This document shows positions 40,666 to 49,153 of a stretch of 64,000 bases of DNA, piece by piece. The notes under the pieces were generated by a model, which had not been told where the DNA came from, did no database searches, and was given only the letters and a program-made list of their open reading frames with translations. The translations under genes were made by a program, and so were the position numbers. Every line of letters starts with the position of its first letter. The first letter of the stretch is position 1. The stretch covers positions 14,381-78,380 of the forward strand of contig JBBAUX010000003.1 in the NCBI GenBank assembly GCA_040398005.1, in the 5' to 3' direction. Origin of the DNA: Opitutales bacterium (lineage in GTDB: Bacteria; Verrucomicrobiota; Verrucomicrobiia; Opitutales; UBA953).

Positions 40666-41607
40666 TTACCATGCGCGCGGAGCTACAGCGGTTTCTAATT
40701 TATCCTGCGTGGACTGGGGAAGTTTGGGAAAGAAATTTAATCCCGTGAGGGTTTCGATTCGTCGGATACTCACAACGTAACGAGTTAATTCTGTATCTCT
40801 CCATTTTTCTTCGTGCGGAACCAGATAAGCAATCGCACGTATACCCTTCTTTTCTTCATCATATTCAGAGATTACCATCCAGAATTCGTCGGGCACCGGA
40901 ATTCGGCCTATCATTCTTGGACGAGCACTGTAAACGGGACCCACCTGGACCCAGACTTCGCCGTAGCGTTGCACGTAGCGTTTCACAATTCGTTGCTCGA
41001 TATCTTTCCAAAGTCCGGCATTCAAAGCGTGGAGTTGTGGAACAATATTAGAGAGGAAGAAGGTTTCTTTTTGGGCGTCGGCGCCGTAACAAACTGAGAT
41101 TGCGTAATTAGGGGCGAGGTGACCTCGGTCATACCCCGAGCGAACATATTCTTCGGTGGATACTTTAGCCGAAGTTCTGGTATCGACATAAAAAGATGAG
41201 GGACGTGGGAGGTGCACATCCTGATACGGAAAAACGCGGTAGGAGGACCAACGCGCGGTGGGCACGATATCGTCGTAGCCCACAGAATATCCCTGATTCA
41301 CTAAATGCTTAAGGCCCGATTTATCTGCGGGCTCGCCGTAGGGAGCGAAAGCATGGGCATCGGGCTCGGGCGCTGGCACCACGTCACCGGTGATCACAAT
41401 CGTTTGGTCTACAACCTGATCTAAAACCCGGATTACACTATCGGGCGTAGTTTGATCTTCTCTTACTTTATCAACGACATCGATAGCCCGCTGCTCGATA
41501 GCAATCTTCTGCGGTGGGTCGGAAAATAGGTAAACTCCAAGGATTATAAAAATTAACCCTAATGAAATTAACAGAACCCAACCTAAAAATTTTAAAATCT
41601 TACTCAT
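40666..41607 (-). CDS. Membrane-anchored DNA/RNA non-specific endonuclease (His-Me finger)
   Basis: YDRGHLAP, TF.LSN..PQ...LN.G.W...E, IPVP..FW; N-terminal TM. Confidence 0.92.
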   Translation of the reverse strand: MSKILKFLGWVLLISLGLIFIILGVYLFSDPPQKIAIEQRAIDVVDKVREDQTTPDSVIRVLDQVVDQTIVITGDVVPAPEPDAHAFAPYGEPADKSGLKHLVNQGYSVGYDDIVPTARWSSYRVFPYQDVHLPRPSSFYVDTRTSAKVSTEEYVRSGYDRGHLAPNYAISVCYGADAQKETFFLSNIVPQLHALNAGLWKDIEQRIVKRYVQRYGEVWVQVGPVYSARPRMIGRIPVPDEFWMVISEYDEEKKGIRAIAYLVPHEEKWRDTELTRYVVSIRRIETLTGLNFFPKLPQSTQDKLETAVAPRAW

Positions 41608-42030
41608 TTATTTTCGAAGGTAATAGCACTGCCACAACCAGTGGATTAACAAGACTAAGAATAGAATCTTTAAAAGTACACTGCGGTTATTTTCGGAGAT
41701 CACTAAGCGAAGTCGTAAGTGGTCTCGACGAAGCCAAAAAACGGCGGAATAAATCGTCCAAATAAACCCCAGAAAATAGAGGGTGAAAACCCCTGGGTTA
41801 TATTTAAAGGCCGACCAAAAATCGAGGTGACTTAGTTCACGAGCGCAGCGGGTGGCGCCACAACCTAAACAAGGGATACCGGTAAAATTAAAGAATAGGC
41901 AACCAAGCGAAGTTCCGCCGAGCGTAAAAAAGATAAAAGCGAAAAGGTTAAAGGTGATAAAAACTAAAGGCCAAACGAGCTCGTGATTCGTTTCCCCGAG
42001 GAAAGCAGGTCGACGAACAAACCGAATCAT
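41608..42030 (-). CDS. DUF2752-like membrane protein
   Basis: GC.F...TGIPC.GCG.TR and AF.YNP motifs. Confidence 0.85.
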   Translation of the reverse strand: MIRFVRRPAFLGETNHELVWPLVFITFNLFAFIFFTLGGTSLGCLFFNFTGIPCLGCGATRCARELSHLDFWSAFKYNPGVFTLYFLGFIWTIYSAVFWLRRDHLRLRLVISENNRSVLLKILFLVLLIHWLWQCYYLRK

Positions 42031-42911
42031 TATAGAGCGACTTTAGCCAATCCACCAAGAGCGAACCCCAGACCACAACAACAGCAACAGCTCACGAGCC
42101 CCCATAAGAACCATACCCCAAAAACTTTTAGCGGACTTACCTTTAAAACTGCGGCGGTAGCCCGGCAGGAAATAATAATCGAAGGAATGGCGGAGAGGGC
42201 TACCAAGAAAAAATATATTTTATAAGGAGCCGTAAGAAGAATCAGGGCGGAGACTATATTCACAGCGGAGAGACTGATAATTAAAGCTACCACCGTTTGT
42301 TCGAGGGTTATATTTTCTCTAAATAATTTTAGTCCTAACCAGAGAAAAACTCCGAAGAGCGCAATAAAGAATGGATAGAAAACGGTATAACAAATAACTC
42401 CAAACCATGCGGCGGCAGGGGCGGTGCTTGAATTTTCGAGTTGGTGAATAGCATCCGCAAACTTAACGGAATCTACGGACGACAAAAATTCGGAAATGTT
42501 CAGGTTAATCTCAGCCGTGTGCATCTGTCCAAAAATACTGAACGGTACTAAAAGTAAGGCGGTGATGTAGGCGAAGGCAATGTACTGTTTAAAACCAAAA
42601 GCACCCGAAGCAAAGGTGGCGTAGGGACTGAGAATCGCACCCTTGATGGTTTCAAAATAACTTCCGAGAGAGGGTGATTTTTCCCAAGGCACTGTGGTAG
42701 AAAGATTATTCGACCGTGGAATAACGTCGGGCGGAACAGCGGATATCACTCCGATGAACTCACTCCACTGAGCGAGCATCACCCAAGTGGACATCCCTTC
42801 GCGCCAGGCGAGATCGGTCATTAAAAATCGGCCGCTCTGGAGACCCGAGATAACCTCAGCTACGGAAAATACTCCGAGCGATGAAGAATCGCGGGCGACG
42901 TGAATTTGCAT
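42030..42911 (-). CDS. DUF4339 (GYF_2)-like N-domain plus Yip1-like multi-TM domain
   Basis: DLAWREGM.TW, PWE, F.TIK..I.SP...F, about five TM helices. Confidence 0.78.
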   Translation of the reverse strand: MQIHVARDSSSLGVFSVAEVISGLQSGRFLMTDLAWREGMSTWVMLAQWSEFIGVISAVPPDVIPRSNNLSTTVPWEKSPSLGSYFETIKGAILSPYATFASGAFGFKQYIAFAYITALLLVPFSIFGQMHTAEINLNISEFLSSVDSVKFADAIHQLENSSTAPAAAWFGVICYTVFYPFFIALFGVFLWLGLKLFRENITLEQTVVALIISLSAVNIVSALILLTAPYKIYFFLVALSAIPSIIISCRATAAVLKVSPLKVFGVWFLWGLVSCCCCCGLGFALGGLAKVAL

Positions 42912-42979
42912 AATTTATTTATGCAAAAATGCGAGGAAGGCGACAAGCCCAACCTATGTTGGCGTATTGTCCGATAAAG

Positions 42980-43057
42980 TGGTGAGGAGGGCGGGACTCG
43001 AACCCGCGACCCGCAGCTTAGAAGGCTGCTGCTCTAATCCAGCTGAGCTACCCCCTC
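42980..43057 (-). tRNA. tRNA-Arg (TCT)
   Basis: Minus strand GAGGGGGTAGCTCAG...GCAGC-CTTCTAA-GCTGC...GGTTCGAGTCC...CCTCCTCACCA; full cloverleaf with encoded CCA. Confidence 0.97.
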
Positions 43058-43107
43058 ATTCCGACAAACCTAGGCGGCTGCCAGAGATTGGGCAAGCCGT
43101 CAGAAAA

Positions 43108-44070
43108 TTAACAAATCAAATCTCTAAATTGGCTGAAATCAGCCGAAAGTCCGCTGGGCATACCCTTATTAATTACCGAAACAGCATCGTGGGAGTGCAA
43201 GGACTCTAAATGGGAACAGGCGATGACGAAGTCGCGCACCCGTAAGTCGCGATCGAATTGTTCGTAAATCACACGCGCGGCGTCTTCAACAAACTTAGAA
43301 TAAGCACCGTTTAATTCAGCGAAAGCTTGTTCATCTTCGCGTTTCACCATGACCTGAGTCTCGGTGTGAATCGCGGCGAGGCAAAGTTCCTGCATGTCTT
43401 CGATAAATAAACTCTTGGCCGGAGAAACCTCGGCAATCACGCGGGCCTTGGAGCGTTGCGAGTGAGGAATACCGTAAACCTCGCGTTCTTCGCGGGCGTG
43501 TTCGGTTAATTCAGCCGAACAAGGGCACGCTGATGAATAAACGAAATCTAAATGGATATAGCGACGAACGCGATCGAGGTCATCAATGGCTCCTTCTAAC
43601 ATCGCGCGGTAATATTGCCATCCTTCGAGACCCGAGCGCAGTGATTTTTGTAAAATAGGATAACGCAGTTCGACTAAGATTCGCGCACGACTGCAGTCGA
43701 GGTCCTTCTTATAACGAATTAAAATCTCTTCGAGTAATTCATGTGAGAGTACACGATCTTTAAATTCGTAGAACGTGCGCATGATGCGCGACATGTTTAT
43801 ACCCTTGCGATCAGCAGCGAGAGAAACGGTGCCCGTGATGGTGCATTCCAGCGGGATCGGTTTACCATCGCGAGCAGCGACTAACATCGGTAAACGGAAA
43901 CCAGAAATACCAACGTGCTGAATGGGGACGTTGGCGCCTTGGATTTGTGAGGAGTCTTTATTCTGCATATCAGGCAAGGTCGCCCGATAAGCGTCATCGG
44001 CCTTAAAATTCTTATCGTAACTGCGTGAGAGATCACGGCTAGACAAGGGTGACTTGGGTCGACGAGTCAT
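43108..44070 (-). CDS. folE2: GTP cyclohydrolase IB
   Basis: [44 protein letters not shown]. Confidence 0.95.
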   Translation of the reverse strand: MTRRPKSPLSSRDLSRSYDKNFKADDAYRATLPDMQNKDSSQIQGANVPIQHVGISGFRLPMLVAARDGKPIPLECTITGTVSLAADRKGINMSRIMRTFYEFKDRVLSHELLEEILIRYKKDLDCSRARILVELRYPILQKSLRSGLEGWQYYRAMLEGAIDDLDRVRRYIHLDFVYSSACPCSAELTEHAREEREVYGIPHSQRSKARVIAEVSPAKSLFIEDMQELCLAAIHTETQVMVKREDEQAFAELNGAYSKFVEDAARVIYEQFDRDLRVRDFVIACSHLESLHSHDAVSVINKGMPSGLSADFSQFRDLIC

Positions 44071-44130
44071 AGTTTAAAGTTTAAGGTTTTAGCGAGATTA
44101 GCAAATGAGCTACGAAATTTTTCTCTGCAC

Positions 44131-44206
44131 TGGAGCCACCTGCCGGATTTGAACCGGCGACATTCTCATTACGAATGAGATGCTCTACCAGCTGAGCTAA
44201 GGTGGC
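44131..44206 (-). tRNA. tRNA-Thr (CGT)
   Basis: Minus strand GCCACCTTAGCTCAG...TCTCA-TTCGTAA-TGAGA...GGTTCAAATCC...AGGTGGCTCCA. Confidence 0.97.
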
Positions 44207-44316
44207 GGTGCGGAGAAATGTTGAAGATGAGAGTATGAAAACTAAAATCAAGCCTCGGCATCGAGGAAATCCCCTCGCTTCTTGTAAAAAATCGACCTAA
44301 ATATGCCCTATCGCTC

Positions 44317-45432
44317 ATGCGTGCTGACATAATCGCTAATCAATTTGAAGTTCCCGGGCGGTTATTGTCTATTCGCCCGGTGGGTAGCGGTAATATCAAT
44401 GATACCTTTTTAGGGGGCTACCAAGCGGAGTTTGGTAATTTCTGTATCATTATTCAGCGGATTAAGAAAAATGTTTTTCCACAGCCTGAGATTATCATGA
44501 AAAATCTCCGCGTACTTTCGGAGCATTGTATAAAAATAATTAATGAAGAAATTGAGGAATCCGATCGTCCCTGGGAATTCATCCAAATTATAAAAACAAA
44601 AACCGGAGAGGATTACGTACTCGATGAGCAGGGTGATCTCTGGCGGGGCCTAAAATTTATTGAAGCAGGAGTGGTCTTTGAATCTGTGCAAAGCCTGGAG
44701 CACGCCTTTGAAGTAGGGGCCACGCTGGGACACTTCCATCACATGGTGAGCACCCTGCCCTATCAGCAATTAAACTACACCCTGCCGAATTTTCATGTCG
44801 CTTCGCATGCCCTTTTAGAACTCGAGCAAGCGATAAAAAGTCCGAGCGCGGAAATGTCGATTAACACTTCTCCCACCACGCAAAAAGCGCTCAACTTTAT
44901 TGGTCAGCGTGAACAAAAAATTCTCGAGTTAGAAAATGCCCTGCAAAAAGGAAAATTAAAATTATCGGTAACCCATGGCGACCCCAAAGCAGGTAATGTC
45001 ATGATTCATGAGGAGACTGGACAGGGTCTTTGCTTGATTGATTGTGACACCGTTCAACCGGGATTAATTATTAATGACATTGCTGATGCCATTCGCTCAC
45101 TGTGCAATCCAGCGGGCGAAGACCCCATCGATTTACAGTCCGTCGGCTTAGACTTAAATTTACTTTCGGCGTTTTTTGATGGCTATAAATCCCAAGCGGA
45201 AAACCTGCTAAATACTGAGGAAATAGCTTATCTTTGGACCGCCCTGCACACCATCACCGTAGAATTAGGGATAAGATTTTTGACGGATCATTTGAGAGGC
45301 GATGTATATTTTAAGGTACGTAAACCTGGGCACAATCTACACCGTGCACTCGTCCAATTTCACCTCGCAGAAAGTATTGAGAATCAAGAATCTGTGATTC
45401 GTGAAATTCTAGAGAAACAAAATGATGATTAA
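44317..45432 (+). CDS. Aminoglycoside phosphotransferase-fold kinase (N-acetylhexosamine 1-kinase-like)
   Basis: GSGNINDTF, HGDPK.GN, IDCDT..PG, RFLTDHL.GD.YFK, HNL.RA..Q. Confidence 0.85.
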   Translation: MRADIIANQFEVPGRLLSIRPVGSGNINDTFLGGYQAEFGNFCIIIQRIKKNVFPQPEIIMKNLRVLSEHCIKIINEEIEESDRPWEFIQIIKTKTGEDYVLDEQGDLWRGLKFIEAGVVFESVQSLEHAFEVGATLGHFHHMVSTLPYQQLNYTLPNFHVASHALLELEQAIKSPSAEMSINTSPTTQKALNFIGQREQKILELENALQKGKLKLSVTHGDPKAGNVMIHEETGQGLCLIDCDTVQPGLIINDIADAIRSLCNPAGEDPIDLQSVGLDLNLLSAFFDGYKSQAENLLNTEEIAYLWTALHTITVELGIRFLTDHLRGDVYFKVRKPGHNLHRALVQFHLAESIENQESVIREILEKQNDD

Positions 45433-46246
45433 ACCGCCACCACTTGATGTGTCGTGGATTACGGCGATCGCCGTTTTTCTACTGATCATTCTTATGGCGA
45501 GAGGTGCATGGCGCGGATACAAACGTGGGCCGTTGCGACAGCTCGCTGGTCCGTTCGCTTTAACCGTGGGATTAATTGTCGGTTGGCTGGTGGGCCCAGA
45601 GTGCGGGCATAATCTTTTTCACGGAACAACTTACCCATGGCTTCTTCGTGGCGCCACGGGTGTTGTCCTAGTATCGTGTGCTACGGGGATTTTAGTTTAC
45701 GGAGTCAGTTGGTGGCTCGGCAAAAGACCGGATGGTATGGACGAAGTGGAGAGTCCGATTCTGGGATCGATTGTCGGTTGTTGGACTGGGTTACTTTATT
45801 TCAGCCTACTCGTCCTTGTTATTACGACCTGGGCTTCGCTTCAGGAGTTGATCAGTGGCCCCGAAGCTGCTGAACAACATTGGGTGGTGCAGACTCGGAA
45901 TGACCTCGCCGAGACACCTATCACTTCGTGGCTTAAAACGTGGTCGCCCCTGCCCGATAAGCAAAGTCACCTTATTCGGCAATTAAGGCAGCTCATGGGT
46001 AATCCTGAGGCCCGTAAGCGGCTGGTTAACACGCCCGAGGTCCGAGCCCTTGCAGCCTACCCTAGTCTCTACCAAGCACTAGAGGATAAAAAAGTTCGTG
46101 AGTTGTTGAACAACAATGACTTAAGTGGTTTTATTGAGCACCCTAAGGTTAAGGCTGTGTTGGCCGATGAGGCACTACAAATGGAGATCGAAAAAGTTGA
46201 TTTGGGGTTAATTTTTGAAAAAGCCCTAAAAAACACCAGTCCGTAA
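45422..46246 (+). CDS. CvpA family membrane protein with C-terminal helical extension
   Basis: G.WRGY.RG..RQ, four TM helices, ILGSIVG...G. Confidence 0.75.
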   Translation: MMIKPPPLDVSWITAIAVFLLIILMARGAWRGYKRGPLRQLAGPFALTVGLIVGWLVGPECGHNLFHGTTYPWLLRGATGVVLVSCATGILVYGVSWWLGKRPDGMDEVESPILGSIVGCWTGLLYFSLLVLVITTWASLQELISGPEAAEQHWVVQTRNDLAETPITSWLKTWSPLPDKQSHLIRQLRQLMGNPEARKRLVNTPEVRALAAYPSLYQALEDKKVRELLNNNDLSGFIEHPKVKAVLADEALQMEIEKVDLGLIFEKALKNTSP

Positions 46247-46320
46247 CAATTTGTCCCTCTTTGGGCTGGAGATGTCACTTCATAGGATTATAAAATCAAC
46301 CTTCCCGATTTTACCTCTTT

Positions 46321-47169
46321 ATGAAATTACTTCCAATCAGTGTGATGATTATATCCCTGAGTTGCTTCGCAGACGAAAAGGCCAAGCCAGCCGCCCCGGC
46401 GCCAGAAGCACCTCAAACCGTCCAAGTCGAAGTGCTCGATTCCAACGGCAAGAAATTTATCCTAGTGAAGAGCATAGAGTCGGCTGAAGAATTCGCAGCG
46501 TTTGAAAAAGACGCCCAAGCGATTACGGCAGACCAAAAGGATGCTGCCCTCACTAAACAGCTGCTTGATTTAGCTTTAACCACTCCTGAGAAAGAAGCCC
46601 GCGGTCGCGAATTAGACGGTAAATTTAAAAAATTGCAGGCAACCAATGCCACCATGGCAAAGACCTACAATTTTGATCTCACTCGCCAGTACCTCATTGT
46701 GCCCACTTCCGTGAAAGTTCTCACCATCCTCACGAATGAAGAGTACGCTAAATTAGCTGCAGCTAAAGACTTTAAAGCCGACTCCGTAATTACGAACGCC
46801 GATGACAAAAAGCTCATTCTCAAAGAAACCATCAAGGGCGCCGCTGAAGTTGAAGCTTTCCAGCAACAAGTGCGTCGCGTCTTAGAAGCCAAACGCGGAC
46901 TCCAACAACTCGTCGAAGCTCAACCGCGCTTCACCAAAGCCGAAGATAAAAAGAAAATCGAAGAAGCCATTAAAAATACCCAAGCAGAAGTAAATAAGAG
47001 CTTGGAAGACTTTAAGAAGTCGCGCGGTTACGAAATCCCTAACGAATTTAATATCCAGACCGCCCAAGCCAAACTTTACACCCTGCTCTCCGATGAAGAG
47101 CAAAAGAATTTGCAAAGCCAGATTGATGGCAAAGACGCCAAGACTGAAACCAAGTCCGATAAAAAATAA
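46321..47169 (+). CDS. Exported protein with two internal ~100-aa repeats
   Basis: Signal peptide; KKFIL...LTNEE and KKLIL...LSDEE repeats. Confidence 0.85.
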   Translation: MKLLPISVMIISLSCFADEKAKPAAPAPEAPQTVQVEVLDSNGKKFILVKSIESAEEFAAFEKDAQAITADQKDAALTKQLLDLALTTPEKEARGRELDGKFKKLQATNATMAKTYNFDLTRQYLIVPTSVKVLTILTNEEYAKLAAAKDFKADSVITNADDKKLILKETIKGAAEVEAFQQQVRRVLEAKRGLQQLVEAQPRFTKAEDKKKIEEAIKNTQAEVNKSLEDFKKSRGYEIPNEFNIQTAQAKLYTLLSDEEQKNLQSQIDGKDAKTETKSDKK

Positions 47170-47186
47170 TTTACCCCTAAACTATC

Positions 47187-48065
47187 ATGACCCAATCCAC
47201 CGATACCGAATCAAAAAAGTCGCCAGCCGCTTCAACCGAAGTGGATACCAACCTGCTGACCCACGATAACAAAGTTTTCATTCGCTGGTTAGAAATCAGT
47301 GAAGCGAACACGATGTTGAGATTTCAAAGAGATCTCGAAGTCATGCGCAATCATAGCGCCAAGGTCGTACAGCTCGCACAACGCATCGAACAAGCGGTCA
47401 CGCCTAATGAGAAGGATGTTTTAACCAAGGCACGTGATACCGAATTACAAAACTATCGCAAAAATGATGCCGAATTTGAATTGGTTTATAAGACCAAGAC
47501 TGATGACTGGATTCTCCGCCCACACTTCCTCCAAAACACCAAAATCAGACTCCTCTCACCCGTTACCGATGATATCATCGCTCAATTACGTAAAGGGCCT
47601 GACTTCAAAGAGTCCGACATTGTGGCCCGTGGTAACCAAAAGTTAATTCTGCTCTCAACCGTTGAAGGCGATCAAATCCCCCTCCTTGAGCGCAATCTAC
47701 GCATTGTACAGGCCCAACAAAACAGCCTGATTCAACTCCGTGCTGCTGAACAAACCGCCGTTGATGCCGAGGCCAAAAAGCGCGTCCAAGACGAAATTGA
47801 GAAAGTCACCAAGTCCCTGCAAACCAACGCTGAATTGATGTTAAAAACCTACGGTATCTTCACGAATGATATTGTGGTCGAGAACCTCGGCGGAATTTTA
47901 TGGGTAGCTCTCTTAGAAGAAGAATTAAAGCGTTACGTAGAAAAAAGAGAAAGCAGCAAAGGAGCTAAGCCTGCCACCGCCGCTGCGCCTGCACCAGTGC
48001 CTGCTGCGATTGCGCCTAAGTTTGAAACAGTTAAGACTGAAGCACCTAAGCCCAAAAAAGCCTAA
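47187..48065 (+). CDS. Paralog of the upstream gene, two internal repeats, no evident signal peptide
   Basis: Shared DFK...KLIL linker and L..N..M.KTY motif. Confidence 0.85.
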   Translation: MTQSTDTESKKSPAASTEVDTNLLTHDNKVFIRWLEISEANTMLRFQRDLEVMRNHSAKVVQLAQRIEQAVTPNEKDVLTKARDTELQNYRKNDAEFELVYKTKTDDWILRPHFLQNTKIRLLSPVTDDIIAQLRKGPDFKESDIVARGNQKLILLSTVEGDQIPLLERNLRIVQAQQNSLIQLRAAEQTAVDAEAKKRVQDEIEKVTKSLQTNAELMLKTYGIFTNDIVVENLGGILWVALLEEELKRYVEKRESSKGAKPATAAAPAPVPAAIAPKFETVKTEAPKPKKA

Positions 48066-48083
48066 GGCCTTCCTGCTTCCACC

Positions 48084-48112
48084 AAAAAGCCTGTCGCGAG
48101 ACAGGCTTTTTT
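48084..48112. terminator. Bidirectional intrinsic terminator
   Basis: AAAAAGCCTGTC-GCGA-GACAGGCTTTTTT. Confidence 0.9.
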
Positions 48113-48117
48113 ATTTA

Positions 48118-49065
48118 TCAGAATAATTCTCCTTGGGAAGGTTTGGGCTTCGGAGGTGGAGCAACTTTCTCTACTTCTGGACTCACGAGCCCGTGCTTCG
48201 TTTGATACCTTCTTAAAGTGGAATGCATTTCCATCGCCAGAAGGAATTCAGCAACCGCCGCCGTGTCCTCAGTGGCTGAGCCTCCAAGATCTACTTCAAA
48301 ATGCGTTTGGAATCTCACCAAACTTAAATTGCTACGAATACGATCCGCTTCGGTCTTTATCTGTTCCGCAAAACGCGCTGGCTCAATCGTGTCAGCCGCT
48401 GCCAAAACAGCTTCTAATCCTCCATACTGCTTGAGCCACTTCACAGCGGTCTTCGGTCCCACCCCTTTTAAGCCGGGGATGTTATCGGAAGTATCCCCAA
48501 TGAGTGCGAGGTAATCGGCAATCAAACTGGGCGGCACTCCAAATTTTTCTTCCACACCAGCAGCATCTAAATGCCTCCAGCCCATTGCTGGATTTGCCGT
48601 AGGCGGCGGTGATAACTGGGTAACTGTTCCGCCAACACATTGTCCAAAATCTTTATCGGCACTGACAATAATACATTCGTGCCCCTGGGCAGATAATTTC
48701 TGTACAGCAGCAGCGATTAAATCATCAGCTTCTACTCCGCGCTTTTCGATTACCTCAAATCCCAAAAGGGCGGTCAGTTTTTTAATTTCAGGCAGCTGTA
48801 AAATAATATCTTCGGGAGTATCATCACGTTGACCTTTGTACTCAGGTAAAACGGCGAGATGTCGATCCGACCCACCTAAATCAAAAAACACGACCGATCG
48901 ATCGGGCTTTTGACCTTCGCGTAAATCTTGCAGCGATTTTATCCAGCCATGGAGGGCACCCGTCGGAAATTGGTCGGATTGACGTCGCAGATTGGAACGC
49001 TCCATCGCGAAGTGACTTCGAAACACCAAGTTAAATCCATCTACAAGCAGCCAGCGCATGGGCAT
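48118..49065 (-). CDS. Stand-alone 5'-3' exonuclease/flap endonuclease (Pol I N-terminal domain family)
   Basis: LVDG, FD, YK.QR, EADD, SADKD, GDTSDNIPG..GVGPKTA (H3TH); no polymerase domain. Confidence 0.92.
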   Translation of the reverse strand: MPMRWLLVDGFNLVFRSHFAMERSNLRRQSDQFPTGALHGWIKSLQDLREGQKPDRSVVFFDLGGSDRHLAVLPEYKGQRDDTPEDIILQLPEIKKLTALLGFEVIEKRGVEADDLIAAAVQKLSAQGHECIIVSADKDFGQCVGGTVTQLSPPPTANPAMGWRHLDAAGVEEKFGVPPSLIADYLALIGDTSDNIPGLKGVGPKTAVKWLKQYGGLEAVLAAADTIEPARFAEQIKTEADRIRSNLSLVRFQTHFEVDLGGSATEDTAAVAEFLLAMEMHSTLRRYQTKHGLVSPEVEKVAPPPKPKPSQGELF

Positions 49066-49095
49066 TAGTTTCTCCGAAGTGAGCCACACCTCCAG

Positions 49096-49125
49096 AAAAA
49101 AGCAGGCCCACCGCGAAGGTGGGCC
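49096..49125 (-). terminator. Intrinsic terminator after the secretin operon
   Basis: Minus strand GGCCCACC-TTCGC-GGTGGGCC-TGC-TTTTTT. Confidence 0.75.
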
Positions 49126-49153
49126 CGATTTAAAACCTACTTCCTTTTATCGA

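Noticed and set aside
42967..43209. 80-aa ORF on the + strand
   Set aside because: Antisense to tRNA-Arg and the folE2 3' end; a shadow ORF.
42980..44206. Integrative element at the tRNA genes
   Set aside because: No integrase, and I saw no duplicated tRNA 3' end; the enclosed gene is housekeeping folE2.
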